Source: Bdellovibrionota bacterium
Lineage (GTDB): Bacteria > Bdellovibrionota_C > UBA2361
Length of the DNA: 20,453 nucleotides
Direction: 5' to 3'
Assembly (NCBI GenBank): GCA_044352465.1
Contig: JBILDU010000054.1
Location: forward strand, 1-20,453
The position numbers were made by a program, and so were the translations under genes. Below are positions 1 through 7,670 of this stretch, in pieces (the first letter of the stretch is position 1; every line of letters begins with the position of its first letter). Under the pieces are notes generated by a model. The model was not told the origin of the DNA. It searched no databases and saw nothing but the letters and a program-made list of their open reading frames with translations.

Positions 1-79
1 AGTGGGGGCGAAATTGATGGGATCCTAAGGAGTTAACCTACTCAAGGGGCACTACGCGAGGGAGACGATCGTGTTTCAA

Positions 80-892
80 CTATCGATCGTCGTTGGCGAT
101 GCGCGCAAAGGTGCCGACCGCGACCCGCATCTTCTTGAATTTGGTATCGCGAGGATTGATATCGAGATCGTATTTAGCGAGGTACGACCGGGCCCGCCGG
201 TGAAACTCAGCGCCCAAGCGAATAACCCAGTCCCGAATCATCTCGAGCTCATCGAGATCGTCGACCCCGATATTATCGTAGACGGTCTTCGCGTGAAGAT
301 GGGGAGCATTCTCAAATTCAAAAACGTTCTCTTCAACCGAACGCAGAAGATCTTCGGTATCATCGGCGAGTATACCGAAGCTCTCCTCGATACTGCCCCG
401 CGGTTCGTACGTCTTATGAACGAGCTTGAGCCCCTCGGGGGTTCGCTCTATAGCGCCGATCCGCTCAAGCTCGAACAAAACGGTGCCCGGCTTCAGATCG
501 GTCGCCACTGAATTCATCAGCTCACGAAACTCGCTCTCAGGGCCCTCGAAGGTGAGGACCTTCGGCTTACGCGACTTGGTCAGAAATCTTGGGTCTCTCT
601 GCCATTGACCGATAACTCGGGTGACAAGGTTAAATGAGTACTCCTTCGGGGCTTTCTGCCGAAAGAGCCGAACAACGTCGCGGCGGTGCATTCCGGTCAT
701 CGCACTCAACCGACTCACGTTCGGATCCTCGCCGAGCCGTTGAATCTCCCGCTCAGCCGCTTCAATAAAAGCGACCTTTACCTGTTCGATCGCATCTTGC
801 ACCTTGAGCTGCCGCCGAATACAGAATCGCGCGATCGGCTTCACGATAAGCCGGATACTCGCAATTAATGCTTCAGGGGTCGATGCGACCAT
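80..892 (-). CDS. DUF6502-family protein (predicted helix-turn-helix / winged-helix content)
   Basis: 270-aa ORF with motifs I associate with DUF6502: LIVKPIARFCIRRQL...VKVAFIEAA, an HTH-like SRLSAMTGMHRRDVVRL, RVIGQW...DPRF, L.FEGPESEF.ELM.SV..D..PGTVL.EL.RIG and C-terminal RVAVGTF. Lies 30 bp downstream of the lipoprotein gene on the same strand. Confidence 0.8.
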   Translation of the reverse strand: MVASTPEALIASIRLIVKPIARFCIRRQLKVQDAIEQVKVAFIEAAEREIQRLGEDPNVSRLSAMTGMHRRDVVRLFRQKAPKEYSFNLVTRVIGQWQRDPRFLTKSRKPKVLTFEGPESEFRELMNSVATDLKPGTVLFELERIGAIERTPEGLKLVHKTYEPRGSIEESFGILADDTEDLLRSVEENVFEFENAPHLHAKTVYDNIGVDDLDELEMIRDWVIRLGAEFHRRARSYLAKYDLDINPRDTKFKKMRVAVGTFARIANDDR

Positions 893-922
893 AATTACGT
901 ATCGACGCTCCTTCTCAACACT

Positions 923-1639
923 CTAACAAAGTCCCTTGTTGCGGAAATAATCGTTGCAACACCCCTCTTCCGCGACCTGTTGGTCGGTACAGCAAACAAC
1001 CGGGGGTTCCCCTTCTGCATCCACTCCAGAGTCGATCTCACACACGCTTCCATCATCCGGCGGCGGAGTATATATCGGCGCGGTCGGCACCGGCGGAGGC
1101 GTCGATGTCGGCACCGGCGTCGGCGTCTGACCGACCGGTGGCGGGACGGGGGTCGCGGTTGGCTGACCCGGAGCAGGTGTCGGGGTACTGAGCGGTGATC
1201 CCACGGTCGGGCTCGGCGTGGGGGTTGGGACCGGAACGACGACGATAGGCTGACCGCTTGGCGGTACCACGAGATTTACCGTCACCGAAGTTTGGTTCGC
1301 CACATTAACCGCGGCGGAGGCGGTCTCACCGGTCGGGGTAGTAAACTTAACGATGAGACCGCTGGCCCTCGTCACCTGCACTTCGTACTCACCGGCCGAG
1401 TTGGTCTCGGTCGTCCCTATAGGCATCCCCGCATCATCGAGGACCGTAACACCTATTCCTTCAAGTCGTACGCCGCTCGCGCTCACCGCCGCCCCCATGA
1501 CCGTGACCCGCTGCTCGCCGGTCTGGGTGCCCATGGTGCCACCACCACAACCGCCGATAATCACGGCGAGAAGGATCGCTGAGATAACACCGATCGCACG
1601 GGAGAATGGAAATATGCTGCTGGTTTTTGGAGGATTCAT
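923..1639 (-). CDS. Lipoprotein with carboxypeptidase-regulatory-like (prealbumin-fold) domain, Pro/Thr-rich linker and Cys-rich C-terminus
   Basis: Hydrophobic signal ending in lipobox-like IIGG-C, then GGGTMGT. V.G...ASGVRLEGI.V.V.D...TTETNSAGEY.V resembles carboxypeptidase-regulatory-like domains. PTPTPSPT linker; C-terminal C-x15-CC-x9-CC-x9-C. Start placed at ATG 1639 (ORF track extends to TTG 1651). Confidence 0.75.
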   Translation of the reverse strand: MNPPKTSSIFPFSRAIGVISAILLAVIIGGCGGGTMGTQTGEQRVTVMGAAVSASGVRLEGIGVTVLDDAGMPIGTTETNSAGEYEVQVTRASGLIVKFTTPTGETASAAVNVANQTSVTVNLVVPPSGQPIVVVPVPTPTPSPTVGSPLSTPTPAPGQPTATPVPPPVGQTPTPVPTSTPPPVPTAPIYTPPPDDGSVCEIDSGVDAEGEPPVVCCTDQQVAEEGCCNDYFRNKGLC

Positions 1640-1683
1640 CGCTTGGAGCAATCAAATAAAGGGAAAACAGCCAAAGCCTTAGC

Positions 1684-1903
1684 CAAAAATACGCCCCCAC
1701 CCGGCCTCTCGGCAGCGGTGCGCAGAATGCACATCGAGGAGTCGACCGAAAACGAAGCGAGCTTTACTTTTCTCCTTTGGATTTTTGCTAACCGCCTGTA
1801 ATGCTGCGACTTTCTCTTTCGGCTCTAAAAAATACTTTGAGGCACCTTAAACGTTATTCCTCAAAAATCGAATTTTTGAGTCACCCATTTTTGCCTCAAA
1901 AAT
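1684..1903. promoter_or_regulatory. AT-rich divergent promoter region with repeated CAAAAAT/ATTTTTG half-sites and a 9-bp-arm palindrome
   Basis: CAAAAAT at 1684, 1862, 1897 and ATTTTTG at 1781, 1872, 1887. Perfect inverted repeat CTCAAAAAT-cga-ATTTTTGAG at 1860-1880. Confidence 0.45.
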
Positions 1904-2097
1904 CATACAACTCCCCGAAAACGTTGCTCCAGTTACCCTTCTCCCCTATCTTCACGCGCCGAAACAAATTCCGTTCTTTGCACCGTTATCTCGGGTAGAC
2001 CGACTCCAGACCACCCCGCCACCTCGTGGAGACCCGCTCCCCCGAGGCGGCGCGGTGCGCCTTTTAATGTTTTCATTCCAATTTCAAGGAGGTTCCC

Positions 2098-2385
2098 TTG
2101 GGGTTTGTCCGGTTTAGCGAAGAGGGTGAGATCGAGGTATGCGTTGCTGGGGAGAAGTTCGTTCCGATCCCCAGCGATGATCGCCTCTTCCTCGAGACCC
2201 TTCCGGTCCCGGTCCAGGTGCGTGTATTCGCGACCCAGGTGGTTGTGACGATGCGCATCGACACCGTGACCCTCCACGCTGCGGTGCGGATCGACCGTCG
2301 TTCCCACCGAGTGCTCGAATCGTCGGTGTGCTTGCCCCTCAGTCTCACGGAATGGTCGATCCAGTTCCGCGACTTCTTAGGGTAG
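2098..2385 (+). CDS. Small hypothetical protein (95 aa, predicted beta-rich)
   Basis: Perfect Shine-Dalgarno AAGGAGG (2086-2092) 5 nt before the TTG start; strong palindrome 15 nt after the stop. No recognisable family. Confidence 0.65.
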   Translation: MGFVRFSEEGEIEVCVAGEKFVPIPSDDRLFLETLPVPVQVRVFATQVVVTMRIDTVTLHAAVRIDRRSHRVLESSVCLPLSLTEWSIQFRDFLG

Positions 2386-2399
2386 GAGCATACCTGTGT

Positions 2400-2432
2400 C
2401 CCGAGGCCGAATACCAGGTATTCGGCCTCGGG
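2400..2432. repeat. Perfect 16-bp inverted repeat (hairpin; possible terminator or mRNA stabiliser)
   Basis: CCCGAGGCCGAATACC-a-GGTATTCGGCCTCGGG. No immediate poly-T tail on either strand. Confidence 0.85.
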
Positions 2433-2582
2433 CTCCCTATCTATCCGGTTTTGTTAAGGCGCACCCGCCACACTCCACTTTAAGGGGCGGTTAAAAAATA
2501 CCTTCTAAAATCTCCGGGGGGTTGTCGTCTATGCCACCATGGAGGATTATATCGGGCGCAACTATATTTAAGGCGCTGCCCT

Positions 2583-3227
2583 ATGAATCCGATCAATCCC
2601 GAGACCCTCCTCACTCAACTTGAATGGCGCTACGCCACGAAGCGTTTCGACTCCTCGAAGAAGATCGCGGCGGATACTTGGGCCGCGCTCGAGTCGTCGT
2701 TGGTTTTATCCCCATCCTCCTTCGGTCTTCAGCCGTGGCGATTTCTCGTCGTCAACGACAAACCGACCCGCGAAAAGCTTATGCCGCTATCGTGGAATCA
2801 AAGCCAGATCGTCGACGCCTCGCACATGGTGGTCCTCGCTGCCAAAAAGGACCTCTCAAAAGAGGACGTTCAGCGGTACGTCAAGCGGATCGCTGAGGTT
2901 CGTGGTGTAAGCGAGAGCGACATCGCCGGTTACCGCGACATGATGGTTGGCTTTGTTGAAGGAACGAAGGGAACCATTAACGAATGGGCTGCCAAACAGG
3001 TGTACATCGCGATGGGGGTGCTTCTCACCTCAGCGGCGCTTCTCGGCATCGATGCGTGCCCGATGGAAGGTATCGACCCGGCGAAATACGATGAGATCCT
3101 TGGGTTACCGAAAGATGGCTATCGAACTCTCGCCGTCGTAACCCTCGGTTACCGGCACGGCGAGGATAGTTATGCGGGAGCGAAGAAGGTTCGCTATAAC
3201 CCCGGTGAGATCGTCGTACATCGGTAA
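2583..3227 (+). CDS. NAD(P)H-dependent nitroreductase / flavin oxidoreductase (NfsB-like)
   Basis: Family motifs L.WRYATKRFD, LSPSSFGLQPWRFLVV, WNQSQIVDASH, WAAKQVYIAMG, GIDACPMEGID, LGYR and C-terminal KVR. Confidence 0.95.
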   Translation: MNPINPETLLTQLEWRYATKRFDSSKKIAADTWAALESSLVLSPSSFGLQPWRFLVVNDKPTREKLMPLSWNQSQIVDASHMVVLAAKKDLSKEDVQRYVKRIAEVRGVSESDIAGYRDMMVGFVEGTKGTINEWAAKQVYIAMGVLLTSAALLGIDACPMEGIDPAKYDEILGLPKDGYRTLAVVTLGYRHGEDSYAGAKKVRYNPGEIVVHR

Positions 3228-3259
3228 GGTAGTTAGCGTCGTCCAGGTCTTAGGAGCAT

Positions 3260-3658
3260 ATGAAAAGCACTCAAGCACTCCTTGTTGTAGCTATATTTTC
3301 GACCATCACCGGTTGTGCCGAACTCGGCGACCCGTATTACTCCCCGCCACCATCCTACGGCTCGGGCGGCGGATACGATCCGTACTACCGCGACGATTAT
3401 TACTCCGATAGAGAGCGTGAGCGTTTACGGCGGGAGCGCCGCGACATCGAGCGGGAGCGCGACCGGATTGAAAACGAGCGGGAACGGCTTGAAAGGGAGC
3501 GTGAGGAATACAACCGCCCACCGCCCCCACCACCGCCCCGCGAGGAGCGGTGCCCACGGGGTTTTTCACCGAGCGAACGTAAATGCACCCCTGAGGAACG
3601 TCGGAAAGGTTGCCAAGATATGCGCCTTCCGGGTGGCCTCGGATGTGTCAAGCGGTAG
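3260..3658 (+). CDS. Small lipoprotein with Tyr/Gly-rich, Arg/Glu-rich and polyproline segments and a 4-Cys C-terminal mini-domain
   Basis: SD AGGAG just before ATG; MKST plus hydrophobic stretch and lipobox ITG-C; ERER-rich helix; PPPPPPP; terminal CPRGF...C...C...GCVKR. Confidence 0.8.
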   Translation: MKSTQALLVVAIFSTITGCAELGDPYYSPPPSYGSGGGYDPYYRDDYYSDRERERLRRERRDIERERDRIENERERLEREREEYNRPPPPPPPREERCPRGFSPSERKCTPEERRKGCQDMRLPGGLGCVKR

Positions 3659-3674
3659 GGGCAGTCAACGGGTA

Positions 3675-3722
3675 CCTGCGGCGGCTGAATAAACAGCCGC
3701 ACGTGTAATTCTCCGCCGCAGG
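3675..3722. terminator. Hairpin(s) between convergent genes, putative terminator
   Basis: Stem GCGGCTG/CAGCCGC (3681-3700) and alternative 10-bp stem CCTGCGGCGG/CCGCCGCAGG (3675-3684 with 3713-3722), followed by GTTTCC. Confidence 0.4.
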
Positions 3723-3807
3723 GTTTCCGTTCTATTGAGCAATGGGACTGCGGAAAGGCGCCGTTCGGTAACGCGCTTTTGCCATCGAGTCCAAGCCCCG
3801 AGGCGGC

Positions 3808-6030
3808 CTACCTTCGCCGGGATCCAGGGCGTCCCAACGCCAGATAGAAAGCATGCTCCGATTCATCGCTTAAGCCGAACCCGAGATAAAGCGGGATGAC
3901 CGGGGTGTCCACCCCTACAAACACCGAACCCGCCACGATATCGGGGTGGTCGCCGATCTGCTCGATATTGCTTCTTAAGGACGCAAACTCGACGGTACCT
4001 CCCACATAGCCTCCAAAGGGAAAGAGCGACGTGCCCCCCTTCGCAAACCGGTGATACGCGGTTGCCCGACCGATGGCGTAATTTGATGCCGCGAGCGAGC
4101 CCTGGGTGTAGCCCGCGATATCGAAGATTCCGCCGAAGACCGCCAGTCGCTCGGCCGGGAGATCGGCGGACGCGATACCGCCCTCGCCGAACAGAAGCAA
4201 GGTGAAATCACCGGTTGATAGAGGGAGCTGGGCGCTCACCGCCCCCCGATTAAAATCGGCATCAGCTCCGAGAGAGTCGCGCGAAAAGATGCCGCCGGAG
4301 GTAAAACGGAACCCGCTCGTCGGAAAATCGGGGTTATCAAGCCGGTCGAGATCGAGATCAACAAACGACTCTCCGATATCGTAATCAAACTCCGGTAGCG
4401 AGCTATCGCCGATACGCTTACTGAGACGCCCCGGACCTCGGCGCCACCCCGTTGAAATTTCGCCATACTCCCGAAGATCGACCCCGCCTTTGAGCCCCAT
4501 CAGGGCCGCACGCCGCTCATACTTGGCGACGACCTCTCCCTCAAAGTCACGTACCAAAAGATCTTGCTGCCCGATCGACAATTCAGGGGCGATAAAAAAG
4601 CGGTCCTCTGGTCCGAACGGCTGATAGAGCTCCCCGTAGATGCGCGGCGAGCGCCCCACCTCAAACTGCACATCGCTCCTCGCCCCGGTGCTGGTCACGT
4701 TTCGCCGCTGCCAATCAACCGCCAATGCGTACGAGCTCTCCCCCTCGAAATCGTCCTCCAGCGCAAACCCCACGCGCACAAAATTATCGAGCCACTCTTT
4801 TTTCCGTCCGTCGATAACGAGTCCCGCCGCGCCGTCCCGTTCCTCTATGTCGAGCGATATCTTGCGATATTCGCCCCCATCGAAAGCCTCCCCAATGACC
4901 TGCTCGACCCGATCACGGTCGAACGGAGCTCCGATCATCCCCTGGAGCGTCTTGCTCACCCCTTCACCCAAACCCTTCTCGAGCCCCCGTACCTCAACAA
5001 AGGATACGTTCGGCGCATATTCTCCCCCCCCACCACGCCGCACTTGATAGGCGCGATAGTCATCCTCTGAAAGGGCGAGGGGCTTTAACTTCGGAACCAT
5101 TTTTTCCGCCGCAGCTTCCCCCGCCGCCATAATCTCCCGAGCATTTGTGAAGCTCGTGGAAGCATACCCTTTGAGGTTCGGTACGATGAGGATATCGTCC
5201 GGGCGTAACATCCCCAGCCGCTCGGTCGTCGACTTTTCAAGCAGGAGGTCCATCATCTGCCCCAAGATCGCGAGCGGATTATTGAGCTTTTCACGGGTGC
5301 GAAACTCGTAGTCAAAATGGACTGCGATAAGTACATCCGGCTTCATCTCAAGCGCCACGTCGACCGGAAAATTATTGGTGATCCCGCCATCAACGAGAAG
5401 CCGCCCTTCACGCTCGACCGGACTGAAGACCCCCGGCACCGCCATGCTCGCTCGCGCTGCCAGCGAAAGGTTCCCCCGATCGATTACCACGGTCTCTCCG
5501 TTTTCGATGTCTGCAGCCACCGCCCGATAACGCACTGGGAGGGCGTCGAAATTAAGGGACGGCGGAACTTTACCAAAGAGCTTTTGTAGTACCGGCTCAA
5601 CCCTCTGCCCATCAACGAGGGCGCTCGGAGCTAGAATCGCGCCGTCCTTAAATCCGAGCTTCGTATCGCCAAAAACCTCCCGTTTACGACCGGCTTTGAG
5701 ACGATACGTCCGTTCGGCCCGGGGAGTAGTTTCATTAAAAAGCGCGTCCCAGTCCGTGGTACCGAGAACATCAGCCATCTCCTCAACCGAACGACCCGAC
5801 GCATAGGCTGCACCGACTATCGACCCCATACTGGTGCCCGCGAGGACATCGACCGGGATCCGCTCCCGTTCGAGAACCTTGAGTACCCCGACATGCGCAA
5901 AGCCAAGCGCGCCACCACCTTGGAGCACAAGTCCGACGGTGGGCCGGGTCTCTGCACCCGCCGAGGGGGCTATTCCCAAGAGAAAGAGCGATATCGTAGT
6001 TGTCAGCTTGAAAAAACGATTAGGACACAT
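3808..6030 (-). CDS. Patatin-like phospholipase fused to POTRA-like region and Omp85/BamA-type beta-barrel (PlpD-like, type Vd secretion)
   Basis: Signal peptide; oxyanion GGGALGFAHVGVL; nucleophile GTSMG; RASMAVPGVF; catalytic LVDGG; barrel region with DRLDNPDFPTSG and GVDTPVIPLYLGFG...FYLALG. Confidence 0.92.
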   Translation of the reverse strand: MCPNRFFKLTTTISLFLLGIAPSAGAETRPTVGLVLQGGGALGFAHVGVLKVLERERIPVDVLAGTSMGSIVGAAYASGRSVEEMADVLGTTDWDALFNETTPRAERTYRLKAGRKREVFGDTKLGFKDGAILAPSALVDGQRVEPVLQKLFGKVPPSLNFDALPVRYRAVAADIENGETVVIDRGNLSLAARASMAVPGVFSPVEREGRLLVDGGITNNFPVDVALEMKPDVLIAVHFDYEFRTREKLNNPLAILGQMMDLLLEKSTTERLGMLRPDDILIVPNLKGYASTSFTNAREIMAAGEAAAEKMVPKLKPLALSEDDYRAYQVRRGGGGEYAPNVSFVEVRGLEKGLGEGVSKTLQGMIGAPFDRDRVEQVIGEAFDGGEYRKISLDIEERDGAAGLVIDGRKKEWLDNFVRVGFALEDDFEGESSYALAVDWQRRNVTSTGARSDVQFEVGRSPRIYGELYQPFGPEDRFFIAPELSIGQQDLLVRDFEGEVVAKYERRAALMGLKGGVDLREYGEISTGWRRGPGRLSKRIGDSSLPEFDYDIGESFVDLDLDRLDNPDFPTSGFRFTSGGIFSRDSLGADADFNRGAVSAQLPLSTGDFTLLLFGEGGIASADLPAERLAVFGGIFDIAGYTQGSLAASNYAIGRATAYHRFAKGGTSLFPFGGYVGGTVEFASLRSNIEQIGDHPDIVAGSVFVGVDTPVIPLYLGFGLSDESEHAFYLALGRPGSRRR

Positions 6031-6131
6031 AAGGCATCAAACTTTTTAAGGCTCTCCGGCAACGTACCCTTTCCGCCCTCTCTCTGAAAGGTGAAAGTAA
6101 CCGCTACACCCCGCGCCCAATCGGGGTTACT

Positions 6132-6797
6132 ATGCACGCCGAGGTTCGCACTATGGTCGATCGGAAAAATACTTGGCGTCGGGGGGAGCTCGCCGTCCTC
6201 CGCAAACTGAGACATCCCGCCGCGATCCAGAGCTTCATAGACTCCTTCGCTTACAACACCGATAAGATAACCCGTTCTCCCCGCGGGGTTATCGGTACCG
6301 GGCGTGCACACTGCTTCGACGGGGCGATGTTCGCCGCCGCAGCGATCGAATATCACGGGGGCAAACCGTGGCTTATCGACCTCCGTGCAAACGACGAAGA
6401 CGACGACCATATCCTGGCCATATTTAGTCGAAACGGTCTCTACGGCTCGATTGGGCAATCGAACTACACCGGGGGACGGTACCGTGACCCGGTTTTCCGT
6501 ACGATTCGAGAGCTCGTCATGTCTTATTTTTGCGTCTATTTCAACCTGGCTGGTCGAAAGACCCTCCGCGAGTTCTCAGGGATATTTGACCTCCGAAAGG
6601 TTCGGGACATCGATTGGCGATTCACCACCGCCGATCTCTCGATGCTCGGCGACCGAATCGATTCGATCCGCCACTACCGTTGCATTCCGTCAAAGAGCGA
6701 GCGGGAGCTTGCGATAGCGGATAGTCGTACCTTTAAAGCGGAGACACTTTTCCTCGATAAGAAGGGGGCTTTCAAAGTAAAGGGCTCGCTCCTGTAA
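6132..6797 (+). CDS. Conserved hypothetical protein, transglutaminase/papain-like fold suspected
   Basis: Blocks IQSFIDSFAYN, SPRGV....AHCFDGAMFAAAA, DDDHILAIF, YRDPVFRTIRELVMSYF, GRKTLREFS; candidate catalytic Cys and His. Start may be ATG 6153. The 3' end overlaps the convergent C26 gene by 26 bp. Confidence 0.75.
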   Translation: MHAEVRTMVDRKNTWRRGELAVLRKLRHPAAIQSFIDSFAYNTDKITRSPRGVIGTGRAHCFDGAMFAAAAIEYHGGKPWLIDLRANDEDDDHILAIFSRNGLYGSIGQSNYTGGRYRDPVFRTIRELVMSYFCVYFNLAGRKTLREFSGIFDLRKVRDIDWRFTTADLSMLGDRIDSIRHYRCIPSKSERELAIADSRTFKAETLFLDKKGAFKVKGSLL

Positions 6798-7542
6798 CTG
6801 TACCCGCTCCCCGCCCTTTGGCCGCTTCGACAAAGCGACGAAATATCGCCCGATGAGGCTCGCCTCCCTCTTCCGACCACAAGACCTCGGGATGCCATTG
6901 AACCGCAAGAAGCCAGCCCCCACTCGTTCCCTCAACCGCCTCGACGGAACCATCTGCACCGCACCGCCCACTGATCCTCAGTTCGCGCCCCAATTCCCGC
7001 ACCGCCTGATGGTGGAGACTGTTAATCGAGAACGCTCCCACCCCAACCGTACGGTGCAGAAGCGAATCCGGGACAACGGCGACGGTGTGCACCGGATCGG
7101 ACCAACCGGTCTCACCCCGTGCGTGGAGAGCGGCTCCGGGACATTCGCTCGGAAGATCCTGATACAAGCTTCCACCACACCCAACGTTTACTAACTGGAG
7201 CCCCCGACAGATCCCGAGGATCGGAATCTGTTGCTCCCGCGCACCGTGAAATAGCGCCAGCTCGACGGCATCTCGCATCGGCGCAATCTTCCCGAGCTTC
7301 TCATGAGGAGCCGCTCCATACCGGGCGGGCGAGATATCCTCCCCACCGGTCAACACCAAGCCATCGATCCTCCGCAGTAGATCATCCACCCAATCGCTCC
7401 CCTCCGCGGAGAGAGGCAACACGACAGGCACACCACCGGCATCAAGTATCGCCTCGAGGTAGGGGCGAAACGTCCCCAGCCGCGGTAGAGGCCCCCCTTC
7501 AAACTCACGCGCTGTGACGCCGATAAGTGGCCGCATCGACAT
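6772..7542 (-). CDS. Gamma-glutamyl-gamma-aminobutyrate hydrolase family (peptidase C26, PuuD-like class I amidotransferase)
   Basis: RPLIGVT, AGGVPVVLP, DGLVLTGGEDISPARYG, catalytic LGICRG (Cys), GGSLYQDL, NSLHHQAV, VQWHPE (His-Glu). Start placed at ATG 7542 behind a G-rich SD. Confidence 0.93.
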   Translation of the reverse strand: MSMRPLIGVTAREFEGGPLPRLGTFRPYLEAILDAGGVPVVLPLSAEGSDWVDDLLRRIDGLVLTGGEDISPARYGAAPHEKLGKIAPMRDAVELALFHGAREQQIPILGICRGLQLVNVGCGGSLYQDLPSECPGAALHARGETGWSDPVHTVAVVPDSLLHRTVGVGAFSINSLHHQAVRELGRELRISGRCGADGSVEAVEGTSGGWLLAVQWHPEVLWSEEGGEPHRAIFRRFVEAAKGRGAGTVTGASPLL

Positions 7543-7670
7543 ATAGGACCCCCCAAAAAACACGCCGCTTGCTTAAGGCTGTCCGCAGACGTACCTTCGA
7601 TAGTAGAGATGTTTAGCGGACATTAAAAGCCCTCATCAGGCGGGATAACCGCCTTCAGAGAGGAAAGAAT

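Noticed and set aside
1933..2376. Minus-strand frame containing HRRFEHSVG, resembling the HD-domain RFEHSxG motif
   Set aside because: In-frame stop just upstream, no start or SD ahead of the motif, no downstream HD residues; the plus-strand 95-aa ORF has a perfect SD.
3808..6030. Patatin as a CBASS (CapV) effector
   Set aside because: It has a signal peptide and C-terminal beta-barrel (PlpD type), and there is no nucleotidyltransferase nearby.
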